A DNA stretch of 64,000 nt from Okamejei kenojei (lineage: Eukaryota). Numbering within the stretch: the stretch's first letter is position 1; each line of letters begins with the position of its first letter. The stretch spans positions 50,902,001 through 50,966,000 of the forward strand of contig CM069139.1 in the NCBI GenBank assembly GCA_035221665.1. Reading direction: 5' to 3'. The notes beneath the pieces were generated by a model that made no database searches, was not told the DNA's origin, and was given only the letters and a program-made list of their open reading frames with translations. Made by a program: the position numbers and the translations under genes. Positions 13,845 to 25,497 of this stretch are shown piece after piece.

Positions 13845-14715
13845 TGTAACAAAAATAAAGAACAGCTGGAAGAACTCAGCAAATCAGCCAACATCTGTGG
13901 AGGGAAATGGGCAGTTGAGGTTTTGGCCTGAGACCCTTCATCTCAACTAAAAGATTAAAGGGAAGTAGCCTGAATAAAGAGGTGGGGGGAGAGAGAGGTG
14001 AGGCAGGATTGATTGACAGATAACCGTACAGTGGGCAAAGGAAGGGTGGGAATGGCAACGGAGGCTGGGGGCAGGTAGATTCAGAAATCTGATGAAAGGA
14101 AGGTGAAAAAATGAACTGAATGAGTGGTGGTGGAAGATGGGGAAAAACAGGGAAGGGAGGAATGGGTATTGGGGAGCGGGGGTGTTCTAGTTGGAGGAAA
14201 AGTGTGGGGAAGGAAGGAAAATAAACAAAAGATGGAGGCTAGGGTTAAGGTGGGAAAAGAGGTGTGTGTTAGGGCATCGCGGGTAAAAGAGATGTTCTTT
14301 TTTCAAGAATCGCGTCTCCTACATCCTATGTCAAATCATCTGCCTATCTAAAAAACCCCATAATCTGTCACCACCTATCACTTGCCAGGCTTTGTCCCGC
14401 CCCTCCTCTCTTTCAGCTTTCTCCCCCCCCCTTCACCACCACAATCTTGTCTGAAGGGCTCCAACCCAAATGTTACCTGTCCATGTTCTCCAGATAATCT
14501 GCTTGCCACTGAGTGAGTTCACCGTCTATCTCTCACGTTTCCCTGATCCCTGACCAGTCTGAAGAAGGGTCTCGACCCGAAACGTCGCCTATCTCCTTCG
14601 CTCCTTAGATGCTGCTGCACCCACTGAGTTTCTCCAGCCTTTCGTGTACCCACTGAGTTACCTCAGCATGTTCTCTTTTATGGTGAACCAGTATCTACAG
14701 TTCCTTGTACCACCC
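13845..14715. mobile_element. Cluster of Penelope-derived fragments with a nested young copy (14515-14649)
   Basis: Old inverted copies plus a young copy flanked by CCACTGAGT at 14506-14514 and 14650-14658. Confidence 0.7.
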
Positions 14716-15685
14716 ACCAACCTACTGTTGTCCCACCTTAAAGTTGCACACATACTTGTTCTTTTGATTCTCTTTGGATTCTTAATACGGTATAATAGCC
14801 ACTTCACTGTTCCTTCATCATTCCTCTTTCACTTAATTGTATTTATGAATCAAACATTCTCCGTCATCCAAGAACAACTTAAAATTATCATCTGCCTATC
14901 AAAATTATCTGTAAGACATATTTTATTATAAAGTCACAATCTACACAGTAGAAATTTGTTTTGAATGAATCAGCGGCTTGTAAATTACAAAACAGTTACA
15001 ATTTTAAGTATTAGGATCACTTGTTAACTTGAACTTACTTCCTGCAACTATCTTGCTATCCAGCAGCTATATAAGAATGATAATTATAACATTGAGCAAT
15101 TAACAGGCTATGACTCCAAAGCCACAGGTGAACTACAATAATTATTCATGGGTTTAAAACAATTCTTGATTTAAGTCCTCATCCCTGACATTTTGTCAAT
15201 GATGTTTCAATGAACATTGTTCTTCCACTGGTATCCAACAGTGTTACATTAATTTAAAAAATCTGAGCAATAAAGTAGAGGTCATTGATGCACAGAAACT
15301 TCGTAAACCCAATCATTTTTTTGATATTTTGATAAACATTCAAAAATCCTTTAAAACGTGTTCATTATTTTGCTCGTTGTAAAAGTTTCAATTGCAGAAA
15401 GATAAAACTGATGTACGGAAGTTATAAGTTGACTGCCATGGGCTGCCAAATTAATTTAAATTGTCCAAAGCTATTAATTACTCTGTGCACAGTCAGCCAG
15501 ATAAGTGATTTTTTGGGGAAAGCTGGTCCAGCCAGTATTCTGAAAACGGATTTTGAAAAATAAAAAGGTACTGCTGTGGATAAGAAAGTATTATAGGTCA
15601 CTACAAATGATTACAAAATTATGGAATATTCAACCAATGATTTGGAATGGGGTTGGGGTTAGAGTTAACTCTATTGGGAATTTAA

Positions 15686-15980
15686 TTAGAGGAGAATATC
15701 ACAGGGAGAAAAATTGGTAGTTTCAGCCCTATTTATACCTGTTCCTTTCATTCCCCTTACACCTTGTTTGTTGATTATATAGTTGCAGAATGATTGGGGA
15801 AGATGCGGGGCAAAAATAATTTCCATTCTTCGTATAACAGTCCCAGTAGTTGAGGCACAAACTTCGCCTTCAGGAAGCTTTCCTTCTATGCAAATATGTG
15901 TCCGACAAACCATCAGCCTCATCAAAAGTTGATTTGACCAGGTTAATCCTAGAGCTGGCAATACTCTTCTGTCCAACAAG
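15686..15980 (-). CDS. XRCC3: XRCC3 terminal coding exon (LLDRRVLPALGLTWSNQLLMRL...FAPHLP...GVRG...*)
   Basis: ttttccag acceptor, phase 2; PALGxTWxNQ and APHLP motifs; TAA stop; spliced CDS 1116 nt. Confidence 0.95.
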
Positions 15981-16192
15981 CTGGAAAAGAACAACAGAAT
16001 GTTAGATAACTATAGAGCAACTGAGACCACAAAAATGAAATATCAGCACATTAAAAACATCGCTCATTCAAAGAATTCGATGCAACAATTGCATATTTTT
16101 TTAATGCTAGCACTGTGATAACACATGCCAAAATCTTTGTTCTCCTCTTGTTCTGTCCTCCAACACACTGCTAATTTTATCATTGCATCAGT

Positions 16193-16780
16193 CCAGACCT
16201 CCCAACTATCCCGCTTTTGGCGGGATATTCCCGCTTTTTAGGTTCCCTTCCCGCCATTCCGATTTGTAACCTAATTATCCCGCTAAATTGACATTTCCGA
16301 TACCATGTATGTGTTATTATGTATATTGCAGAGATGCCAAGTGTCCCGGATTCGCCGTATTTTGTCCCGGCGAAATAACCTTTTTACGGTGTTCCGGCAG
16401 CCAAACATGCTGTTACGGAACACCGCCGCGCCGGTGTTCCTCCCGTGGTGAACGCCGGCGCCATGTGCCCCCGGTTTGCCAGCCCGGCAGCTCACAGCCA
16501 CGCCCGGCCCAGAGCCCGGGCGGCGCCGGCCCGCGCTATCAGCGGCACTTTCTTGCCGCCAGCCGGCCGCTCGCGGCAGCCCCATCACCGGGCCTCCCCC
16601 CCCACCCAGTGCGCAGGCGCAGACCCGCCGGCAACCTTGCCAAGTGCGCATGTGCCGCACCCGCCCGCCGGCAGCCCGCTGATCTGCACCAGTGCGCAGG
16701 CGCAGACCCGCCGGCAACCTTGCCAAGTGCGCATGTGGGGAAATATTATGAATTTTGACAATCAAATGTTGGGAGGTCTG
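16193..16780. mobile_element. hAT-like MITE containing a partial second MITE (16329-16737)
   Basis: TIR CAGACCTCCCAAC / GTTGGGAGGTCTG; interior starts CAGAGATGCCAA and matches the 24713-25671 element inverted. Confidence 0.75.
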
Positions 16781-17839
16781 CATCACTGGCTTTCAGCTCC
16801 GAATTTCCTTCCCAAGCCTCTCTATATCTCTATTCTCCTTTAATATGTTGTATAAAATGTAGCTGAGTAAGCATCTGACCATGCATCTCGATTCATTTTG
16901 TTTCATGGCACTTTCATGTGGCATACTGCAATGTTTAGTCAGGTTGCCAAATTAATGCAATTTGATGTCCTTTGTAAAGAATTATAGTTAATTACAGCTA
17001 ACCTCATCCCATCACCTACATGTTCTCTAATCCTTCCTCTTACACTTTTTTTAAATTTGCCTCTAAATACATTGTCAATAATTTAATCACCTCCATATGA
17101 CAATAGGTTCTACATTCTTATTACTGTTTGGATTTTTGCATAATGGATTTATTAGCAACACAGACCTATGATCTTTGATTTTGGATTCCCTCTGCGCTAC
17201 AATTAGTTTTTTCCATTTTATCAAATTTATAAAACTGTTGGATTACCATTGGGGCTTTTCTTTCAAAGAGACTTCTATGTTTGACCTACTTAACAGTTGT
17301 TTCCTATTCCTTCTCATGTAATTGTAAACATTTTTTGCACTTTATCCAATGCTTATCATTTTGTAGGACTTTTACACAGACAAGGGTAGAAAGGATTTAG
17401 AGGGTGATGGGCCAATAGAGGCAAATTGGGACTGCCCAGTATGCCAACTTGGTTGGCATAGACAAGGCAGGCCAAAGGGCCTGTGACGTGCTGTACAGCG
17501 CGATGATTCTATGATTCATCATAACCTTAGTATAACCGACTTTATGCAAATTTAACCCGTTCTCCCATTTTTAATTTGATTCCTCCAGAAATTGAATGTG
17601 ATGAAGTGTCTCATTTAAATGTCTGTTTACTTTCCACAGATGCTGCCTGACCTTCAGAAGGTTTCCAGCATTTTCTGTTATTCCACTATTTTGTTACTTT
17701 GTACTGCTACTTTTCAATTATTTGTAAATCTGTACTTTTCATTTCTACTCGATTTGAACCTTTACGGTTTAATTTTTTATGGCACAAAATAATTCATTAT
17801 TTAATATACAAATGAGTAGGCAAAACAAATTCTACTTGC

Positions 17840-17886
17840 CCAAGTTCATTATGAGCCAAATGAGAATCACTGACTGCACCTGTTAC
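17840..17886 (-). CDS. XRCC3: XRCC3 coding exon 6 (VTGAVSDSHLAHNELG), GC donor
   Basis: ttttgcag|GTA ACA...CTT GG|gcaagt; 47 nt joins the phase-0 upstream exon to the phase-2 last exon. Confidence 0.82.
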
Positions 17887-18173
17887 CTGCAAAACAGCAG
17901 AAAAACACTCTTAACAAACTAAAACTTTGGTTTATATATTGATGTTCTGTATATTAGAGATTTGAACAGAAATGAGAAGTGAGAGACCATTTGACTCTTC
18001 AATCCTGCTCCACTATTTAATAGCTGATCTAATTGTAACTTTTGCACTACTGTCTACCTATGGTTTCACCTTTTCAGCACCTTGGTAATCAAATATCCAT
18101 TCACCTCTGCTTTATAAAGATTCTGCTCCCTCACTCAGGAAAACAAAATCACTTCCATCTTAAATGGATGACA

Positions 18174-18862
18174 TCTATATAATTAAAAGTCTCATCTTGA
18201 CCACTTCCTGTTTGCACTGCATATTGATTTTAGAAAAAACGCTACCACTTACGGCTGTGATTTTTGGCCATCTTACTCAGTCCTCAGCTGCGCAGGACAA
18301 GAGGATTTTTCCCATCGATGAAAAATAAAAGACTTATGAATGTCTTAAATTTTTTTAGAGTCTCTCTCCTGTCAATCACGCCATAAAGGCCACACTCCTT
18401 CCGGTGGGAGGAGGGGCTATAAAACCCAGAAGTATGGACATGGTTCAGTCTCTGCAAGATGGGGGAGGGAGAGGGTCATGACTCTTAGTGTGCCTTTTGC
18501 AACCATGAAAAAAGATAAATGTCTAAAATTGATTGTCTACCCTCACCCCCTTCTCTCTCACAGTCTCTCACCTGTTTTCAGCAGATTTTCTGGCAGTTTA
18601 TGAGCTGCCTGCCTGCCAGGCCTGAGTGACTGAGCTGCCAGGACCAAGAATCCATTCGGCCCACAATGTCTATACTAGCCCTCTGGAAACCAGTCCCTTT
18701 GGCCCACAACACCCATGCTAGCACTCCAGAAAGCCCCCCCCCCCCCCCCCCCCCCACACACACTGGCCAGCAATCTTGGAATTGGTGGAGAGGTGGAATA
18801 TTGTGTTGGGGGACCAGCCCTCCCGTGTGAAGCTGGAACCCAACGAGTCCCACTTAGTCTAG
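18174..18862 (+). mobile_element. Non-autonomous Helitron inserted in a CR1 3' tail
   Basis: A|TCTATATAATTAAAA start, subterminal hairpin GGAACCCAACGAGTCCC, CTAG|T end, no TSD. Confidence 0.8.
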
Positions 18863-20294
18863 TGTTATTTTAGAACAATGAATTCAAGTTTTAGGTTCTC
18901 CTGGAAGAAATAGCCTTTCTACAATCCCTTCCCACACACTCCCTGAACTTAGTCGAGACTCTTAGGAATCCTGCATGTTTCAATCATCATGCACCCTTTA
19001 ACTCCATCAGATACAGGTTTTGGCTGTCCAACCTTTCCTCATAAGATGTATCACGATACAGAAGGCCACTATTTGGCTCATATGATCCACATCACTCCAG
19101 AGGAACATTTTCTTTCTATTTCCTCACATTTCTACAAATTAGACTCTTACATGTATTCAGTGACTCCCCTTAGATTTATTTTGCCATTAACTGACACCAA
19201 GGAATAATTTACCATAGGCATTTAAGTTATCTGCACATCTGTGGGATGAGCTAGATGATGGTGCCAGAGTGTGGTGACTCTGGCATGCTCTTCCCATAGA
19301 AGGATCTGTTATCATCCAATACAACTACTCTACTCTTTTAAATCTCTTTTCTACCTGCAAGTATAGCACCATTTCTAAATGTTTTGATATTAACTATAAT
19401 CTGCACTCTGTATCCTCCCCCTCTGTTCCATCTATTGCATTTGAGTTTGATTTGATTGTATTTATGTATGGTATTCTGATCTGGTTGGATAGCTAACAAA
19501 ACAAAGCTTTTCACTGTACCTTGGTACATGTGACAATAATAAACCTAAATCTATGGAAAGAAACCCACGTGGTCCAGAACAGAACGTACAATCTCTGCCC
19601 AGATCCTATCATGGGTCAGGATTGAAGGCAGGTCTCTGGAACTGAGATGCAGAAGTACTCAATATTGTGTCACTATTCCATGTATCAGTCTAGCAGGCCA
19701 TTTCTGAGTTGCTTCCATTTCATTAATATCTTACCTTAATAAGGTGATCATCAAAATCCTCCAGAAATGGTCTCACCGGTGCAATAAATGAAACAACTAC
19801 CTACTTTTGTATTCAATTCCCAACATAATAAACAACAAAATAAAGTTACATAAGAGAACCAGCAGAGAAGCAGGCCATTTAGTCCAATCAGAGGTAGGCA
19901 TTAAAATAGATGATATCATAGTGAAGATGGTCATCAAGAATTACAGTGGGATTGTGATCAGTGGGCAAGTGTAGTTTAATTCAGATGGGTGATCTTGTAG
20001 AGTGCATAAAATTATGAGGGGAATTAGACAGGGTGAATAGGAAATATTTTTTCCTCCAGAGTAAAGGAAATCAAGAACTTGAGGGCATAGGTTTAAGATG
20101 AGAGGTGAAATTTTCAAACCGCAATAAACAAGTCAGGATAGTGTATGCTTTGGACGCAAATGTAGTAGCGACAGTAAACCCAGGTATATATTGCTTTTGT
20201 CCTCGGTTGAATAAGACTGAAGATGTAAGTAAAAATGATAATGTATTGCTAAATGCTAAATAAGAACAATACACTGTTAAATGGAAAGTCATAC

Positions 20295-20507
20295 CTGATT
20301 GACACAGATGATGGGGCTACAAAACCTATGGCTGAGGTGGTGGAGCATAGTTCCAAACTTCTGAAGACATTTGGCTTTCACAATAGAATCAGCGGCCCCA
20401 AATTCGCATCTGACTAAAGCTGCAATCGAATCTATCACTACCAGACGTATCAAGCCACGTGACAGTAATATTGGTATTCTTTTACTAAGACAGTGATTGA
20501 AGGATTC
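20295..20507 (-). CDS. XRCC3: XRCC3 coding exon 5, Walker B (RLVVIDSIAA)
   Basis: 213 nt, tag/gtatga borders; ESFNHCLSKRIPILLSRGLIRLVVIDSIAALVRCEF...SPIICVNQ; absent from the ORF track. Confidence 0.95.
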
Positions 20508-21774
20508 CTATCAAATCAACAAAAAAAATGCAGGCATTTAATTATCTCCAAATCAATGATGCTTAAATGGTAAATGATAGTATTAATATTTAATAATGTA
20601 CCTAAAAAAGTAATCTTTTAGCAGATTACCTGGACTGCTCTAATACAAACAAATCAACATTTTGATAAATAAATGTTATCCAATGATAAAAAAATATTCT
20701 GAGACTTCAGTTATAATCTAAGGGCCAAACTCTTCCAGCCAGTGGTCAACACCCTGCGTTCATCTCTAACTTACAAGCCGAGTAAAGATAGGGTCTCCCA
20801 CAACATACAACCATTCTATGTAATACATATAAGAATAAGACCACCATTGGGTAATGAGAGTGAAAAAAACAAGCCACATAACCTGGTTCACCCCTGTCAA
20901 AGTTGTCAAACCTCCAATGAAGCACCCAGCATAGTCAGAGATATCAGAATGTGGATGCCAAGGGGTTCAGGACTTCATGAATGTACAGAAATCCTGAACT
21001 TGCTGATGCTGTATTTATGCAGACTTACCAGCACCGCTCAATAAGTCCATGTATATTACTAGAAGATGCAAGTCAGAATAAATTTAGGCAACAAAACTAA
21101 TAAAGACCATGGAAAGCAATTTAATATCATTGATTTTAATAGACACACATACTTAAAATAATCTACTAGTAAATCCGCAATCACACTGGATAAAGCATCT
21201 GTACTCGTTCTAGCAGTGATAGTTCTTGTTAAGGGAAAACCCAGGATTGTAGCAGGAGCCGGATTATTCACATGCCTATACACACCAAGTTATGTTTAAG
21301 CAACATTGAATAACATCTCTCTAGAAGAATTAGCAGAGGAACAGCTCAAATATTTCAGTTGAATCATCTTGAAGACCAATATAGGTGGGTTTAAATTAAG
21401 TGAGATTAGCATTCTTAAAGTTTATACAGTAAATAAATCTTTGTGAACTTGCTTTTTATCTTTCTCACACAAATTCACTTTAAAAGTCAACATGTATCAA
21501 TTATTACGGACTTACTTTCTCACACAAATTAAAAGTCTAAATATTTTTTTATGATGTAATTTTTCAATGTATGTACTCTTTCCCAGTACAAAAGTTTAAT
21601 CAGACACCTATTAATTTACTTAGTACCAAGTACTGGCACATTTATACTTGTCCATATATTGCTATAAAATTAGGTATCTTCAAATCTTTATTTGTATCAT
21701 GTTATCTTTTTGTATGGAAAATGTAACAGTAAAATCTATTGTGTAAGAAAGAACTGCAGAAGCTCATTTAAATC

Positions 21775-21870
21775 AGTGGACAAAAAATGCTGGAGTAACT
21801 CAGAGGGTGAGGCAGCATCTCTGGAGAGAAGGAATGGGCGACGTTTCAGGTCGAGGCCCTTCGTCAGACT
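21775..21870 (-). mobile_element. Penelope-derived short repeat abutting the XRCC3 exon 4 donor
   Basis: On - strand agtctgacgaagggcctcgacctgaaacgtcgcc...gatgctgcc...ctgagttactccagc. Confidence 0.8.
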
Positions 21871-21873
21871 TAC

Positions 21874-22028
21874 CACATCAGCAACATGTTCAATAAAGAT
21901 GTTGTTACCAAACTTAATATTGTTTACAACGTCAGCAGGTACATCAGCTCTTAACATGGGCTGAAAGGCAATCAATTGCTGCAAACGTTTATTTGGAAAA
22001 GCATCCTCTGTACAAATATACACAGCTC
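21874..22028 (-). CDS. XRCC3: XRCC3 coding exon 4 ([19 protein letters not shown]...IFIEHVADV)
   Basis: 155 nt, tag/gtaagt borders, phase 1-0. Confidence 0.96.
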
Positions 22029-22299
22029 CTAGGATAAGAGATTCAAAAATTCACAAATGTTTGTGGGGAAATGTAATGAAATGCAAATACTGACAAAACA
22101 AACATTTAGCTTTATATGTAGACATGGGAATACAGAATGTACAATGTTTAATGAAATCAATCGAATTTAAAAAGTGCAGTAACACATTCATTTTGCATAC
22201 CTGAACTCTATAATGCTCTCAAAAGCTTTGCACTTTTGTAATTGTTTAAATGTATTCTGCACTCTAATGCTGAACCCGTCAGAGTTCTGCAAGATTCCA

Positions 22300-23590
22300 A
22301 GAGGGTAACAAATAGGGAAAGAATAAGTCCCCTTAAGGCTTATTGTAGTCATCTACTGCATATGCAGAACCACAGGAAATAGGTAAGATCATTACATTAA
22401 TATTTCTCAACAGAAATTTACCGTAGAAAAGTTCATAGGAATTAAGCAACTAAGGGAAATGAACAATAATGTATTGGAACATATCTACATCACAAAAGAG
22501 ATGGCCCATGTTGACAGTGTTAAATTGCAAGGGCTTGATAAAGTCAATCCACAGGAGACAAGGGAAATATTTGCAGTGGAACTGAGAGAGATATTTGCTT
22601 CATTGTAGTCAAGAGATGATGTACCAGAAAGTCAAGAAAGTGGCTTTGAGCCTTTATTAAAGAAGGGTTACAAGCCAGGGAATTACTGGTAATAGTTCCC
22701 AGAAGGTGGTGACGCACATCAACAGGGTCGTAAAGAAAGCTTTTGGCATGCTTCCCTTCATCAGTCATTGAGTCAGGATATCATTTTACAACTGTTTAAG
22801 CCGTTCGTGTGACCACACGGGCATTATGTGCAGTTTTTATCACCCAGCTATAGGAAGATTGTCATTAAGCAGGAATGCATGCAAAAAAGATTCACGAGGA
22901 TATTACCAGGAGTGGAGGGTGAGAAGCTGGATAGGGTGTACATTTTTTTCCATTCATCATTGGAGGCTGAGGGATGACATAGAAGTTTATAAAATCACGA
23001 GGGGTGTAGATAAGGTGGATAGTCACAGTCTATCTAGGATTTGAGGGTCTAGAACTAGAGGGCATAGATTTAAGGTGAGAGTAAAAAGACTTAAGGGGAT
23101 CTGAGGGGCAACTTTTTCACACAGTGATGGAAGTGAGAGAGATGTAGGGACAGGTGTTATGTCTCCTGTGGTTGCAGGGGAAAGTGCCTAGGGAGGGTGT
23201 GGGTTGAGTGGGAAAGGATGAGCAAACCAAGGATTTCCATTGGGAATGGTCTCTCTGGAAAGTGGAAAGGGGCAAGGAACAGATGTGACTGGTGGTGGGA
23301 TCACATTGAACGTGGCAGATATGTTGGGAGTATGATGCGGTGGATGCGGAGGCTAATGGGGTGAAAGGTGCAGGCCTGGGGAATTCTAGCTTTGTTTTGT
23401 CCGGAGGAAGGGGAGTGAGAGCGGAAATACAGCATAGTGGTTTAAAAGACATTTGGACAGGATGATGGAAAAGGTCTAGAAGGATAAGGGCAAAATGCAG
23501 GAAAATTGACTAGCTCAGGTAGACATGTTGGTTTGCTTGATTGAGTTGGGTGGAAGATTCTGTTTCCATACTCGTTAATTCTATGAATCC
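22300..23590 (+). mobile_element. Degraded CR1 LINE fragments with a nested Penelope ORF fragment (~23118-23435, -)
   Basis: CR1 RT C-terminal remnants (RLRDDIEVYKI); nested piece translates as DPTTSHI..PLSTFQRDHS..GTFPC. Confidence 0.7.
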
Positions 23591-24950
23591 AAGGGAGGTT
23601 TATTTAACTAAGTATCTTACACATTACTTTGAATGCATTCATTGAAAAATTCTGCACCATGTGCAAGGAGCTAGAAAGACCATCTCTTCCTCACTTTGCA
23701 TAGAAGACGTGATTTGTTTTTAATTGGCTTGTTAATTTACTTTTTTCCTTTTAATGTATCTGGAAACATTTTAGGTATTCATGATTAAGTTTGATCTTTG
23801 TGTTGCAACTTTAAATAACAGTTTTTTTTTGGGGTGGGGTTTTACCATGAATCCTTGATCCTAAGTTTCTTATTTTATTTTATTTTTGATATATTTATTA
23901 GAGGTACCGTAAGTTACATCAGTGTACATCCCATGTATATTATTACAATCATTGTACCCCTTAATTTTTTAAGGCTTTAGAAAAAAAGAAAAAAGAAAGA
24001 AAAATATCAACAGAGAAAGTAGAGAGTGAAAAAGAGTTGTGTAAGTGAAAAAGCATGCCGGAGGGAAAGGGAACCCTTGGTCGAAGAGTTAGAGAAATGA
24101 GATTAAGAGATAGACCCTGGAGAGGAGAAAAAAAAGGGAAAGAAAGAGAAGGAAAAAACAAAAGCCAGTTACTTTATTATAAACATCGTGCAAAAGGAAT
24201 CTACCAACTCGACAGTTTTTCTTCCCCCTTTACCAAGACCCGACACCGGTACTTTTTTGAGATATTCTTGCACCTTATCCTTGTAGTAGATTTATAAATG
24301 CAGACCACGTCTTATAGAAACAGTCTGATTTTCCTGCCAGTCGGAGTCTCATATTTTCCAAATGTAGTGTTTCAAACATAGTTGAAATCCACATATTAAC
24401 TGTTGGTATGGGAGTATTTTTCCAGAATTTTAAGATTAACTTTTTTCCAGTTATTAAGCCGTATTCAAATAGATTCTTTTGAAACACATTTAATTCAGGG
24501 CTATCTTCTGTTGTTCCAAAGATAATCCAGTCTGCTTTTAGAGTCAGTTTTGTGTCCAAAATTTTTGAATTTTTGTACAAAAGACAAATGAGTGCGCTAT
24601 ATAAGCTTCTTGACTTCAACATTTATCACAAATAGGTGAGACATTGGGAAAAAGTTTACATATTTTAGTTTTTGAATAGTATAATCTGTGTAAGATTTTA
24701 AATTGTATTAAGCAGAGATGCCAACCCTAAATTTAGTTCACAGTAACATTTAACCCATTTGTCCGTAACAAATGGGGTTAAATGCATTTCTCTCCGTAAC
24801 ACTCACCTGGGGTTGTTGCCGGCGGCTATGCGCCTGCGCACTGGTGCAGATCAGCGGGCTGCCGGCGGGCGGGTGCGGCACATGCGCACTTGGCATGGTT
24901 GCCGGCGGGTCTGCGCCTGCGCACTGGGTGGGAGGCCCGGTGATGGGGCT

Positions 24951-25168
24951 TTTTTTTAAAGAAGGAACTGCAGATGCTGGAGAATCGAGGGTACACAAAA
25001 AGCTGGAGAAACTCAGCGGGTGCAGCAGCATCTAAGGAGCGAAGGAGATAGGCGACGTTTCGGGTCGAGACCCTTCTTCAGACTGGGTCTCGACCCGAAA
25101 CGTCGCCTATCTCCTTCGCTCCTTAGATGCTGCTGCACCCGCTGAGTTTCTCCAGCTTTTTGTGTACC
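24951..25168. mobile_element. Palindromic Penelope-derived insertion with 15-bp TSD
   Basis: 85-bp perfect arms 24989-25073 / 25085-25169; CCCGGTGATGGGGCT at 24936-24950 and 25169-25183. Confidence 0.88.
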
Positions 25169-25284
25169 CCCGGTGATGGGGCTGCCGCGAGCGGCCGGCT
25201 AGCGGCAAGAAAGTGCCGCTGATCGCGCGGGCCGGCGCCGCCCGGGCTCTGGGCCGGTCGTGGCGTGGCTCGAAATCGCGCCAG

Positions 25285-25497
25285 GCCCGGCAACCCTCCC
25301 CCACTGCGCACGCGCGGCCACTGTGGCCCGGCAACCCTCCCCCACTGCGCAGGCGCGGTCACTAGGGACCGGCAACCCTCCCCCACTGCGCAGGCGCGGT
25401 CACTAGGGCCCGGCAACCCTCCCCCACAGCGCAGGCGCGGTCACTAGGGCCCGGCAACCCTCCCCCACAGCGCAGGCGCGGTCACTAGGGCCCGGCA
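25285..25497. repeat. 41-bp GC-rich minisatellite, about 5 copies
   Basis: GGCAA(C/A) recurs at 25289, 25330, 25371, 25412, 25453, 25494. Confidence 0.9.
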
